Shown here: positions 29,301-44,500 of the stretch, in pieces
Position numbering within the stretch: the first letter of the stretch is position 1
How the letters are laid out: each line of letters begins with the position of its first letter
Source of the DNA: Lama guanicoe
Lineage: Eukaryota
NCBI GenBank assembly: GCA_013239625.1
Contig: MU053629.1
Span: 96,676-160,675 of the forward strand
Direction of reading: 5' to 3'
Length of the DNA: 64,000 nt
Notes under the pieces: generated by a model
The model's input: the letters and a program-made list of their open reading frames with translations, nothing else
The model's database searches: none
What the model was told of the DNA's origin: nothing
Position numbers and translations under genes: made by a program

Positions 29301-32300
29301 GGGGGAAGACAGGGACATCACTGGGACTGTCCATACTTTGTAGGCATGAAACTAATATGACATTTTCCCAGTGGGATATTTTCTTAGTAGAAGTGAGAAG
29401 ACTCACTAAACATTCCTGTCTAGATAGTTTAGAAGAGACAGTCTCTTTATATACACCATTAAAGATGTTCTTCAAAGATAAATAAAAGAGCTACAGATAA
29501 TAACACTGCCACTGAATTATTTTTAAAACATATATGATTTTCACACTTAGAAATGTGAACTGTCTCTTCAAGCATTTAATTTCCTTGACACTTTAAAAAC
29601 ATTTTGTTAGAAGATGTTCAAAATTCTTAACATTTAATTTCCTCAGTATCTTAACCCCAAATCTGCCAATGTTAAAATTCTGATTTATTTCTGATCTTCA
29701 ATACCTAAGTTATATTTATAAATAGTGCTTAAATTGTGCCACAGTGTGTATAATGTCACTGTTTTAGACACCTGAAAAAACGTCCTAAAGTTGTACAGTA
29801 TTTTTTGGTCATAACAGAAACTAGGGAAACTACAGAGAAGAGAAAAAACATGATGCTCTAAATCACGCACCAGGAGCCAATTTCTTTTTTTTTTTTGTTT
29901 TTGAAGAGGGAGATTAATTAGGTTTACTTTTTTTTTTTTTTCCATGAAGGTACTGGGGATTGAACCCAGGACCTCATGCATGCTAGGCATGCACTCTACC
30001 GCTTGAGCTACACCCTCTCCCCTAAATCACCCCCCAGGGACTTGAGTTTAGTCACATATACCCTCCTCAAATAGGAAAAATACACACTCTGGTCTAACTG
30101 AAAAACACAAAGACCTTGGTGAGCTTTGTTTTAAGTATCAGATTAAGATTTGAGGCAAAATATCTTTTCCTTCATTCCCATATTCATCTTTTTATACCTA
30201 CATATTACTAGCCCAAAATACATTGCAGCTGTTTCTGAATAAACGTTAATTAAACACAACTACTCAGCTGCTAATGCAATACCCATAAATTACTGTTATC
30301 ATAAAATGAGTACCTTTATGATAAATTATTATACTTTCTCTATCCCCATTTCTGTATTTTTCAGTATTCTTCTAGACACAATAATTAAGGTAACCATATT
30401 GAAAGAGGCATGATACAAGGAAGATCCCTTTGCACTTTTTTTTTCCCCTTAGATTATTTTAGTGTATTCTGACACTGGTATCAATTGAAACATAATTGAC
30501 GTTACTTATTCCACTCCTGTGCATCTTTGTATTTTTTATTAAAGAGAGAAAAATAATGTACCTTTCTAACTGTACTTGCTCAATAAGAAAAGCTTAGTTT
30601 AAGGTTAAACTGAGATTTTCATTCATCAACATGCCATTAGTTTTAAGAATAATTCTATTATACTGTATAGCACAGGGAAATATATACAAGATCTTGTGGT
30701 AGCTCATGGTGAAAAAGAATGCGACAATGAATATATGTATGTTCACGTATAACTGAAAAATTGTGCTCTACACTGGAAATTGACACAGCATTGTAAACTG
30801 ACTATAACTCAATAAAATAAAATTTAAATAAATAAATAAGAATAATTCTTTCACTTCCATGACAGGTTGAGTAGATTTTACTTTCCTAAGATTGTTTTAA
30901 ACAAGACCATTTATGAGTTAGGGTTTTTTAGACATTTGTCAACAAAATTCAGTTTAATGACTACACAAAACTAAAAGATAAATCCATTGTAAGAGAGAAA
31001 TGGTGTATCTTGAAAAACTACAAGTGTGTCTTACTGAATAATAAGTTACAAAAGGAACTCATTAGGAAAAAAAATGAATTCTGTATATGTCAGTATGACT
31101 TCAATTCAATCCAAACCTAAAGCAAATTAAAAACAAAAAAGAGGATAAATTTATTTCGCAAAAGATAAAAAGCATTTCCAATTTGTTAGGTAAATGAAAA
31201 AATTCAAGGCTTCTCATGTATGTCTCAAACTTTAAAACAAAGTAAAGCATATTAAGTTCAAAATATCTGTTACATTTTAACTAAAATTAATCGGCAAAAT
31301 TGTTCTTAATTAACTAATGTCAAACTCTTAGTTATAAGTGAAGTGTGGTTTCTAAATATTGCTGCACATGTGTGTGAACATACATGTGTGTAGCTGTGGG
31401 TGTTGAATCCAACAGGGAATGAGACCAGGAGCCAGTGACCTGGATTTTAGTCCCCTCCCCACCAACCACCATTATAACTGATAACTTCATCACCTCTGGG
31501 AACTAATTTTTTTTGTCAGTATAAAAATAATTAGTCCCTTAAAGTTGTATTAGTCTAAGTCTTAGCATTAAACACAATTCAAAATAAATAATAGAGGACA
31601 ATCCAAAAATCTCTTAAATTAGCTTTACAAAGAAACATGTGGAGGTTTTATAATATATTTACACACATTAATGCCAGATGAAAAAAGTCTAACACAAGAA
31701 AGGAGACATGGTAGTGTACTTATCAGAAAAAAAGTCACTCTTGGATTTAACGTTGGGTATAGATGATCCATGTACGGGCAAATCAAGGATTAATATCATA
31801 CAGCCACAAGTAAATCAATGAAGTTATTAGAACACCTCCTCACGCCATACACAAAAACGAACTCAAAATGACTTAAAGACGTAGATATAAGGCATGACAC
31901 CATAAAATTCCCAGAGGAGAACACAGGCAAAACATTCTCTGACATAAATCGCAATGTTTTCAAAGGTCAGTCTCCCAAGGCAAAGGAAATAAAAGCAAAA
32001 CCAAACAAATGCGACCAAATCGCACTTACAAGCCCAGCAAAGGTAACCATAAATAAAACAAAAAGACAACCTACAGAAAGGGAGAAGATATTCGTAAACA
32101 ATGCAAACGACAAGGGCTTAATTTCCAAAATACACAAACAGCTTATACAGCTCAATATTTAAAAAAAGCCCAAACAACCCAGTAAAAACAATGGGCAGAA
32201 GACATAAACAGACATTTCTCCAAAAGATATACAGATGGCCAATAGGCACTTAAAAAGATGTTCAACATAGCTAATTATCAGAAAAACTGCAAATCAAAAC

Positions 32301-35300
32301 TGCAATGAGGTATCATCTCATACTGGTCAGAATGGACATTATCACAAAGTCTACAAATAATAAATGTTGGAGAGGGTGTGGAGAAAAGGGATCCCTCCTA
32401 CACTGTCGGTAGGAATGTATATTGGTGCAACCACTATGGCAAACAGTATGGTGGTTCCTTAAAAAACTAAAAAGAGTCACCATATGGTCCAGCAATCCCA
32501 TTCTCATATATATGGAAAAAACTCTAATTTGAAAAGATACACGCACCTCAGTACTCCTAGCAGCACTATTTACAAGAGCCAAGACATGGAAGTAACCTAA
32601 ATGTCCACTGGCAGATGAATGGATAAAGAAGATGTGGTGCATATACAATGGAATATTACTGAGCCATATAAAAATGATGAAATAATGCCATTTGCAGCAA
32701 CATGTATGGACCTAGAGATTACCAAACAAAGTGAAGTAAGTCTGACAGAGAAAGACAAATATGATATGGTATCACTCATATGTGGAATCTAAAAAAGATG
32801 ATACAAATGAACTTATTTACAAAACTTATTTACAAAACAGAAACAAACCCACAGGTATACAACACAAATTTACAGTTACCAAAGGGAAAGGGTGGAGGAG
32901 GGATAAATTAGGAGTTTGGGATTAGCAGATATAAACTACTATATATAAAACAGACAAACAAGATTCTACTGGATAGCACTGGGACTAACATTCAATATCT
33001 CGTAATAACCTATACTGGAAAAGAATCTGAACAAGAATATATATGTATGTGTGTGTATAAACTGAATCACTTTGCTCTTACACCAGAAACTAACATAATA
33101 TTGTAACTCAACTATATTTCAACAAAAAAAAAGACAAGCTTCATGTGTAATTTCTAATAGCCACAATAAAGAAAGCAAGAACAAGTGAAATTAATTTAAT
33201 ATATTTAACCTGATACATCTAAAATATTCTCATTTCAATATGCAATCAAAGGGATTAAGATGTACAAACTATTAGGTGTAAAATAAGCTACATGGATATA
33301 CTGTACAACATGGAGAACAGTAAGCACTTTATAATCACTATAAATGGAGCACAACCTTTAAAAACTGTGAATCTCTGTATTGTACACCTGTAACTTATGT
33401 AATATTGAATATCAAGTATACTTCAATGAAAAATTCTAATTAAAAAAATTAATGTCATAAAATACACAATTACTAACTTAAATCAAGTAAACACTTACAT
33501 CATCTTCATATTTAATGTGAATGTCTGTGATTTTTACTTGAACATTTTTAATTACTTGAGTCGCCAATTTTTCCAAAAATGTATCCTTTTTGGCCTCTTT
33601 TGGTTTGTCTATAAAGAAAAGCAAAATACAAGTTCAAGAGTTGAAATTCTCATATCACTCATAAACAATGACCAAAGGACAGCCAAGGCACTACTGAACG
33701 GAAATTAAAACCTATTCTAGTGTCCTTGTTTGACTTTACATTTTAGATTTTGATATTCATTTCTAATTTAAAACTTATTTCTGAAGTTACATTGTAATCT
33801 AATATTCATTTTACCTTTGAAGACAGAAATGAAGCGGCAACGTGTACAAATAACACACAGCATAAAAACTACTTTTACCTACCTTTTGAGCGATCAAGAC
33901 CTTTAAAAGGTTTCTTAAAATGTTTTTTGTGCTTTTTACGTTTACGTCCTTCTCAGTGGAAGCATTTTAGTGAGAAAAGGATAAAATTCAAGTTAGCAGA
34001 CAAGAGGACAGTAAAGAAAACAAGAGACTTTTTCCTGACAGCAAATTCTGGTACAAGTCACCTTTATTCTAAACTGACCTGTTATTTCAATACAAGCAGA
34101 AATTCACAAACCTTCTTTAGTCTAGAATAACTTCCTTTAATCTAGAAAATAACTTGGCAGGTGTAATTATACAAAAATTGGATAAAATATCTATACACAA
34201 TGCCCTTTATAATATTTATGGCTTTTCACAATACAAAGTTTTTCATTTCAATGTTACCAAAATATTGGAAATGTAATAATGATGGGATATGAAACTTTCA
34301 GAAAAAGGTGTTGATAAATGTGTGGTAGGAACACAAATGAAATGAATGGGCCGCCTGCTGACTGATGACTTCCTCTGGATGACAGACCTCACAAGCAGAA
34401 CCCTTTCATGAATACATGAAGGTATAACGAATACAAAAAGGGCAGAAAATGTACTTGGAACTGTACACTGAAATTAGCTTAATAATTCCTTCAAAACCTC
34501 ATCCACTGTTATTTGGCACTGCCTCACTCCGTGGCATTAACCCACACTTAATCTTATCCAACTTACAAAGCTTTACATTCAACTGCCTACTGCACCTCAG
34601 CTCCTGTCCATGCTCTTGGGGCAGCCTCTGTATGGTCTCCCCTGCCTCCAGTCTCCACTCTTACCTCCAACCTAATGTCCTTCTATACTGCTACCAGACT
34701 CTTATCTTCTAAAATACTATTCATGGCCTGTTTATTACCTGCTCAAAATTCTCTTAAAGGGTCTTTGCAGCCTGACAGATAAAATGAGCCAGGGTTTATG
34801 TGACACAAAGGCCCTTTCATGATATGACCCCTATTTCCCCATCTGGTTCTATCTCCTGCCACTTATCCTTGTACTGGACACTTCAGAAATATTACTTATA
34901 TTTTCCAAAACAAGCCATGATTTTCTAACGCCTAATGCCTCTACATGCGTCATTCTCTGAACTTGGGTTGCCCTCCCTGAGTTGTTCAGTTGTTCACCAG
35001 GCAAATGCCTAGGGGGCTTCCAAAACTCAGGCCCCGCACTACTGCCTATGTAAAGCCTTCTTCAAATCCTCCAGGCATCTCCAGGGCCACCTACCCCTGC
35101 ACCTTATACAGACTTCCATCAAGCAGTGACTACACTGTATTTGAAGTGTCTGCACAACTGTCTTGTCACCAGGCAGGAGTCTTCATTAGGACAGGAATTA
35201 TCCTAACACCTGGGCACAAAGCGCATGATACGTATCTGTTCAAAGGAATCAAAAAAGTCTACATCTGAAGATTATAATAAAATACATAAGCTCAGTCAAT

Positions 35301-38300
35301 GTTACATATATTTTTGAGAGAATATGCATAATATTTAGCTTGAAATTTCAAATTTGTTCTTCCTTGGTATTTTAGAGCAAACTGTTCTGCCACTACAAAA
35401 ACTAAGATTCAAATCCTGGATTCTAAGACTAAAACCCTAAGTTTCAAAAAGAAACTAATAAACATATAACAAAATCTGGACTTTGCTATTACCATTACTA
35501 TTATGTTCTTGTCACAGTGATGTTCCCTAAGTCTTTTCCATTTATAAATTAAACACTGAAAAAAATACTAAGTTCTCAAAGAAATATCGTTTGAAAAGAA
35601 ACAACTAAGAAAGCCAAAGTGGCCCTGAAAGCCAACTCGCATAGGCAGAACACCTTTCAGAGACAGAAGCTCAGCTGCCTGGGTTTAGAGCTTACCATAA
35701 CTCAAGCTTCTTACCTGGCCTCCTATTACCCTTCTGGTTTCACATTTGTTCTAGCCCCTTGTTCTGTCTTTGGTCTCCATGTTATAGGCACCATGTTTAA
35801 ACTTTTCCAAATAGTTTCAAAATTTAATCTGAGTACTGCATATACTTCTTTAGAGAGTTTCTATTTAATCTGATAGATAATACACTTATGATCTCCAGTT
35901 ATTCTCTAAAGCAGTTCTCAACTGTTTTAGTCTCAGGGTCCCTTTAACACATTTACAATTTGAGAACCTTAAAGAACTTTTTATTAGTGTGGGTTACGGC
36001 TATTGATATTTACCATATTGGAAATCAACACTTAAAAACTTTTTAACATTTATTAACTCATTAAAACGCCCACTACATGATAGCATAGCTAACGTGTATT
36101 TATTCCAAGAAAAAAGTTGCAGTGAGAAAAGTGGCATGGTTTTGGAATCTTACAAATCTTTTTAATGTCTGACTTAGTAGAAGACTGCTGGATCCACATA
36201 TCTGCTTCTGCCTTTGCTCTTTTGGGATATGCAGTTTAAACGGAATGATGTGAAGAAAATCTGACCTAACTAAAGATATGTAACAGGAAAAGGGAAGAAC
36301 ATTTTCATGGCCTTTTCATTTAATTATGGACATTACACTCAAACTCAGCAAGTGGTAGTTTCTTTGTTTTCGTTTGATTGTTTGTTTTGGGGAGGTATTT
36401 AGATTTTTTTTTTTTAAACAGAGGTACTGGGGATTGAATCCAGGACCTCATGCATACTAAACACTCACTCTACCACTGAGCTACACCCTCCCCACCTCAA
36501 GTGGTAGTTTCTTGAAGTTTCACCCTGGAATCTGAGACTCTATCAACGAATTTTTCGTCTGAATTAAAATCAGTCTACCTTGCACTTTAAATGGACCTTT
36601 TATACATTCATAACTTTTTACATTAGCAATATAGAAATATTGCTTCATTGAATTATGCAGATCCTACAAATGTTGAGTCACTTTATTATTTAATACCAAA
36701 AATCATATTGTTAATACTACCACAAATCTCATCAGAAAAGTCTTTAAGTATGGGAAGCTGTCAAGTTCAAGTTTGCAAATAGTAGTTTTCCAAAATCCTA
36801 ATTTTGTTCAAAAGCTCAAATATTACTGCTGGCAACAAACATTGTCAGTTATTGTTCCTTAAAGTTGTTTTGTTGAACATCTACAAATGATAGTCTGTCA
36901 GCCATTCTTCCAAGTAAAACCGTTTTCCATGAAAAAAGCGACTAGTTCTGCTGACAACTTAAACAACCGTGCGAGTGTTCTTTCCTTGAGACAATTATCG
37001 TACTTCGGTCTGCAGAAGTATCTTATGTGTGCTTGCTCTGTTGCCACAAAACATCAAAGACTCATCTACTCAGGAGCTAAAGTTTACTAAAACTAAAATT
37101 CTCTATTTCATCAAAGACACTCAAGCAAAATCAGTGCTCCTTTCATTTCACTTTGTTTCTTACTGTGAGTGACCGGCAGTGAACAATACAATGGCTACTA
37201 GTAGTACCGTTTGGTGCCACTGCCTTGATTCATGCTAAAGCAGCCAGAAATTTTACATAACACTGCTTTGTACCATCAGCACCAATTTCAACACAGTGAA
37301 AAATCAGATAATGCCTTAGGATTAATATGAAAATAGTTTTGACGTTTTGAGAACCACTGCTCTAAAAATTAATTTTTTTTTAATGAGGAAGGAATATACA
37401 CTCAGAAACAAAAAAAGAAAGGATTATAAAGTACCCATTAAGTCCTGGCTAAATAAATAAAGATATCATCAACAAAATTAACTATTCTCATCTCAGAATC
37501 ATCAAATTCTAGGCCTAGTGTTTTTGTTTGTTTTTTGTTTTTAATCCAGGCTAACACACCTTTTTGGAATAAAAGAAAACCGTCAATCAGTGAGGTTTTA
37601 CTTTACAGTGAGCTCTGTCTGTTTGAGTTCAGGTTTTTTTGGGGGGGGACAATGCTGCCCTATGGTTTTGTTTCATATTTGAATAGGCCAATGGAACTCA
37701 TTTGTATTCTGGAGGCACGTGGCTCCCAGGAGGATCAGAAAGCACTTCCCCTGGCAGACTACACAAAGCTGGTTCAGTTACAACCTACAAAATTGGACGG
37801 TGAGCCATGAGTATTCCCATGCTACCTTTTATATTAAACAAAGGAACTGTAAGACAAATTAACACAGTCAGCCACACTTACTAAAGGGGCACATTTGTTC
37901 AAAGAGAACTGTCTTTCAATTTTATTCAATGCTGTGAAATTTGTCATGCAAATTATTCTTCCGTTTGTCATAATGAATCTAAATATTAAAGAACCTACTA
38001 ACAACAGAAGTGATTCTATCATACGCTAATTGTTTATACTTTGAGTTAGAGACCCCACTTGCCAGCTAATCAAAACAAATTTTAAGTGTGACTGAATTAA
38101 TATAACAAATTCCTGAAAAGTTATAGAAAATAGTTAAATAAATCAAATTACTGTTTAAAATATTAGAAATTATTAATGTGCCTGGTAAACTTCCTAGGAT
38201 ACGAAAGAATCCTATTATAAGTCGTAAAGCAATCAGCCTTCAAATTTGCTTTTTGTGAAGCCTCAAATTTCAGTATGCTGTACCAGACAGTCGTCTACAG

Positions 38301-40477
38301 GGGCCTCCAAAGCTACTTCAGGGATGAAGTAAATCAGGGAGGCTATGAGAAGAACGTCAGAGAAACATTCCTTATCAAGGTTCTAAAATAAAGTATGTCT
38401 CCAAAAAAAAGGCTCCTTTTTATTGCTTTTTACAAGTTTGAAAACCACTGCTATAGGGGAGGAATCGCTTAACTGAGAAACTACTATTCAACAGAACTAA
38501 ATCAGAAAGGCAGCTGGGATTTGAGTGTTATTATAAATTAAACTTCAGAAGGGCTGTGGATCATGTCTGTTTCACCCCATGAACACTCAGCACCCAGCAT
38601 AGTGCTTGCCAGAAGAAGGCATCAAAGTATTTGGTGAATGAATAAACGGCTGGAGAAGGTAGGGGAAAGGAAATGACGGTAAAGGGGAAAAAGATGAATT
38701 ACATTTCCATATTTTCTAAAAGGATGACACGTCATCATGTGAACTCCATGAAAAGCACAAGCATGGATAAGAATATAATTTTGCATAGAGCTGAATATAA
38801 TTAACCATGCATACCCACCAGGCTTGATGTCCTTATAAACAAAGGTTTCCAAGCCATAGATGAACTCTCCTGAATGTGTGCCTGCATCCGCATGGCAGCA
38901 ATAATCAAAATGCAAAGCATTTAAAAGACACCTTTAATTTCACATGCAAAATATGTCTAAACTTAATTCAAAGAATCAGAATCATGTAATAGAACAAGTA
39001 TAATCCAGTGACACCAAAACAACTTATTTCTAAGGAAATATTCTCAGTGACACCGTTTTCACTCCTTCAACAAACTTTGTTTTCATAACATTCAAACAAA
39101 ATTGTTAATAAATAAAATTATAAGAATTAATAATTTCAAATTAAGAAAAACAAATACCAATTACAGCTAATGTCTCATTGACTGACATATTTTCAAACAG
39201 AGCAAAAGTCTGCTATTTTGGTTCCCTTTTTGCCCACCATTTTGCCCATTTTCAGGATGAAATATTGCTGTGATATTTACACTAATTTTAGAGTCAGCTG
39301 AAATGAATTCATCTTACTTTATTGTGATGTTCCCTTCAAGACACACTGAATCCTTCCTATCCACTCTTGTTGATGACTAGGGAGCACCATCTTCCGTTTC
39401 TCTCCCTAAATCCAGCCTAGACATCACCACGAGCTTAACCTTCCTAAAACACGGCTGTGGGCACATCACTCCCTGGATTTTTAAAGAAAAAGTGAAACTT
39501 ATTGACTCTCTCAGTGGCTACCAATTGAAGTCCATTATAACACAGAGTCGAGAATGTAGGATCTGGAGCCAGGCTGGGTTCAAATTCCAGCTTTATCATT
39601 TTCTAGCTGCATAACCAAGAACAAGTAATTTAACTTCCAGTTTTCTCAGCTACAAAATGAGAACAATAAAAGCCCTTATATCATAGAATTATGACTATTA
39701 AATGAGTCAGTTCATACAAAGCATTTTGAAGAGTGATTGGCAAAGAGTACACTCAAAATAAGTACCAGCTGTTATCTTTGCCATCATCATCATGGCATTC
39801 AAATCTCTTAAAACTGACCTCGACTTAGCTTTCCAACTCACGTCCAACTACACCATCAAACTCCCAAATTCTTAGCTGTTCCCCACACATGCTCTGTACT
39901 TTTCCATCTCACCGTCCTAGAGGACCTAGAACGCTCTCTCTTTTCTGCATACTCATCCTCTACACTCAGCTGAAATATATACCTTCACAGTGTGTGCCCT
40001 GATCTCTGGCAGAACATGATATGCCCATTATGAAATCCCTTAACACTTCATCAGTACCTCTTGGATGAGACTCAACATTTTATCCTATTTACTATTATAC
40101 ACGAGGTCTTTGATACAGTAGGCTCCAGGAATTTTCTAATTTTTGTGTTTCCAACAATGTGTTGAGCAGACTGGCATTAGACTTCTCAAAACTATCTGGA
40201 AGCTAGAAGATTTTGCCTTCAAAATTCTAATGTTAAACGCAGCATTTTATTCCCAGTCAAATCAAACAAGTGTGGAAGTAAGTTACAAAGACTTTCAGAC
40301 TTGAAAGGACTCTTTTAAAAATTATTTCTAGTGCATCCTTTCATAAAAGCTATTAGAAATGCTCCAGCAAAACAAAGGAATAAACTAACAAAAAAACAAA
40401 AGGCTAGGGACTCAATGAATTAAAAACAGAAGAGCAATCAAAACAAGTTCCAGGATGACAATTGCATAGCAGAACTT

Positions 40478-40509
<32 letters not shown>

Positions 40510-41473
40510 CCACCACCAGTTCAGAGGAAGATCTCCAAGAGAAAAGGGGAGAGGACCAATAGATGGGTTTGGGCAATTGGAAAATAACACTGATAGTCAT
40601 TTGACAGATAGATTTCATGTAGTATGGGAAAAGAATTAAAGGTAAATCTACCTTGAAAACCAGGCAAATAGAAAAGAAGCATTTACAAATTCAAGAAAAA
40701 CAAAAAGCGGCATAACAAAGGAAATATAATCACAGTACATTATTTGATCTATGCAGTGAACAATAATTATATTGTCATAGCAATGTAAATTTTGACTCAT
40801 AATTGGCCAAAACTTGTGGTATAACCATACTGTAAGATAGAAAGGAGAATTTAGGGTGAAAAAAAAGATGGTAGGAGAGGTAAACATTAATAAATGAGAT
40901 AACCACAGAATGTCAGTATTTCTAAAACAATGGTTCCCTCTAGGGAGTGGGTCTAAAGGGCAGAGAATAGTGGAACAGAAAACTGACATTTTTCATCCTA
41001 AGCCTTTTTGGGAAAACTATTGGATTTCACAGTTAATGTTAACTCTAAAACTTTAGAGGTTTTGATCAAATCAACACTGTGAAATACAGAATCTGTATAA
41101 CATTTGAAACTCTTGGACTCACTAGGAATTTAATATTACCCTTTACAATAGTCCTTCCAGGAAAATAAATTCACTACAATGAAATAAAAGAAGAAAAATA
41201 TCAAGAAGTTTATTTTTACAGTTAAGAAAATGCTCTAGAAATGAACTTAAAGTTGTATTTTGATTTTCCTTTTTTCCCACATAATAGTGGGCAGCACTCT
41301 ATTTTAACAAATGAAACAAATTAAGTAAAAGTACTTTTTAAAAGCAGATCAGTCTGAGGATTCTAACTTCACTTTTATCATCTGCTGCTTGTAGTTGAAT
41401 CACTTTCTCTCCTTACTTCTTTGAGTCTCTATACACACACAGTGGTGTTTTTGTGCTTTTAAAATCAAGAAAT

Positions 41474-41504
<31 letters not shown>

Positions 41505-44500
41505 NNNNNNNNNNNNNNNNNNNNNNNNNNNNNNNNNNNNNNNNNNNNNNNNNNNNNNNNNNNNNNNNNNNNNNNNNNNNNNNNNNNNNNNNNNNNNNNN
41601 NNNNNNNNNNTGTGAACTAGAAGGCAGCTGAAGGCTTTTATATGAATAATGCTATATGAAGATAAGCTCCATATTCACAGAAACTAGAAAAAATACTTAT
41701 ATGCAGTCAAAATATTTTATGTGCCTTGCTTTATTTGGCACATAAAAGTAATGGAAATGAAGAAAGCTGTTTTTATAGAAATACAGATCCTTAAGCTTCA
41801 GCCAAAACACAAGATACAGTTAAGTATGAAAAGAGAAAGGAAAAAAAAGTTTAGGTTTTTAAAACTTTCTACCATCATGACAGCCTCTGTATTCTAAGTA
41901 TTTCAGTACTTTTTCATTAAAGAATAATACTGTGTAAGAGAACACTACGGGCAAAAAGAATCAGAATCATTGATAAAAAATTTTAATGAGCAAGTTATTT
42001 TTTAAGAGAGATTTCTCACTGATTTAATTAAATATCAGCAGCTTAAGATAGGAAAAGAAATATTATCATATCTAAATGCAATTTCTGTCATTTCTAACTC
42101 AACATTTGCCATATATTTTAAGATAGACCAAAGAGAAATGCCTGAGCATTTCTGGTACCATTTACTTTCATCAGAGAAATATATAAATATTCCACTTAAT
42201 GACACAAAAATGATGTAAAATGCTCTCATACCCCACTCGGTGATCAGGGTATGATCTGACTTGAAAAACAGACTGGAGGTTTGGCAAGCTCCTTCAGTTC
42301 ATCTTGCTCCATAAACCAAAGCAAAATAGTCACCAGATTTATTTTTAGATACAAACAAAACATTAAAACTTAAGGCAAGATGTTAAGATGTTGAAGTCTG
42401 AAGAATCAAGTTTTTAAAATACCCTATATAATATAAAGAGATATGGCTAGGAATAGCATTATGTACCAATTCCTCTAAACACTATTTCACTATATTAATA
42501 CACTGAACCTTACTATCTTCCAAGAATACAGGTGAAAATGCAGACAAAGAAACCAGTAACCTTTGGCAAAAATAAAGAGGCCTGCAAGAACTCAAAGAAT
42601 TTGGGAAGTCTCCATAAGGTAGCATAGTAAAAATGACAAATTAGGAAAAGTAGGAAAATTAAACTGGCAGTGAGATAAAACAGTCACAAAGGCAGTGACT
42701 CCCAAGCGTGAGTCATTAAAATCTTCACAGTCGGTATTATGAAACATGATTTTAAAAGATTCTTCTTTGGAATGACAGCTTATGAAAGCCTAAGAAAGAT
42801 CCTCTTTGCGGTGCATTAAACATATCTAAAACACAGATATATGTATATTTATCTAAAACATAAACTTGTTTTACCTTTCTCTGCTGCTTTTTGAAGGGCT
42901 TCTTCAATTCGGGATAGCTCTTTCTGTTTAATATCTTGCAAGGATTTTTCTTCCTTCTCAGCATCATATTTAATACCTAGAAATACATAGTTAATTCACA
43001 CATAAAGGCAATTAATAAAAAATATATAAGAAAAGTTCAGCCTCATAATATTGTGTGGGGGGTAATTTGTCATTTTTTTGTGAGTCAAAAAACATTTATA
43101 TTCTTCAGATTAGTTTTACAAAAAGTTTAAACATAAATGATTTCTATTTATTTACAAAGCTTATATCAAAAGGAAAAGGAGGGAAGGAAAAGAATTAAAG
43201 AGAGAAAGAAGACAGGAAAAAGGATAACTGGAGAAAAGGGTGAATAGAAGGGTGCAAGGGAGGAACAGAGGGAAGGCATAAAATACATCAAAAAATTTCC
43301 AGTTATTATATATCTCAGTGGTAAAATTTTAAGTAACCACAAAAAGCATGCAGCATCCAACAGCAGCTGGTATCAATGTAACATTGATAAAAAGAATTTC
43401 AATAAGTAATTCAAGAATATCTGTCAACAATCATAAAATATATACATATATATCCTTTTTATCTGGCAAACTCATTTCTAATCATGTATCCTACGGAAAT
43501 AACAGAAAAGAGTAAGAAGAAAATCTATAAGGTAGAGTTTATAATGTTCACTGTAACAGCAAAAAACAGCAGGTAGTTCACAATGGAATATCATATAGCC
43601 TTTCAAAATTATCACTATCACCATGAAAACTGTGAAACATATCAAAAAATACATATACTAAGTGAAAAAGCCAGATCCATATTTTATATATATATATATA
43701 TATATATAATGTAATAAATGATGTACCAACTCAAGTATGTATACAAAATATAAAAATAAAAACTGTGTTTCTTTTATGGTTGAGAACATGTAAGTAATTT
43801 TTCTCTGAAATATCCAAGCTTTTCTTAACATTATATTGTTCTCAAAGTGAAAAAACATTAATAATGGAAGACATTACTTAAATAAACATCATTGCTTTAA
43901 AAGTCACTACAAATTAAAATATAAAAAAATTAAAATACTTTATAATGAAAAAAATTACTTATTTTACACACATTTTTGAAAGAGTATTCACTCAAAATCA
44001 GAAACAAAATGGGGAAAAAATGTTTCCAATCTGTAGATTAACAGTACATTTCTTAAAACTTATTCCCAAAAGAAAATCTGTCTAATGTATCTCAACTTAA
44101 TAGGAAGCCTTAGTTGCAAAATGACTATTCATAGAAAACAGAATAAATTTCATAAGTGGTTGAAATTATTCTTTCCAACAATAATATAAAAATAATTTAT
44201 ATACAAATGTGGCAATATATATGTATATGCATGAAATATATGAATATGTGTACATACATGGATGTGATTAGTTTATTTAAATTATCTTCTATTTTACTAA
44301 ACATATTAAAATACTTAACCTAGGAAACAATTTAATTTTACTATGGTATTATTGAATGGTTACAACCTAAAATAACATACTTGCTCCAGGAACAACAAGC
44401 AGGTACAGTCCCTCTAGGGTTGCAACAACAGCTTCTCCATAAAGGTTCTTCCAAGGGATCTTCAAAGTTAATTTATCTAAAGAAACATAATTTCAACCCT

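Noticed and set aside
41505..41610. Possible hidden exon in the N gap
   Set aside because: Exons 5 and 6 join in frame and match the recalled protein with no missing residues.
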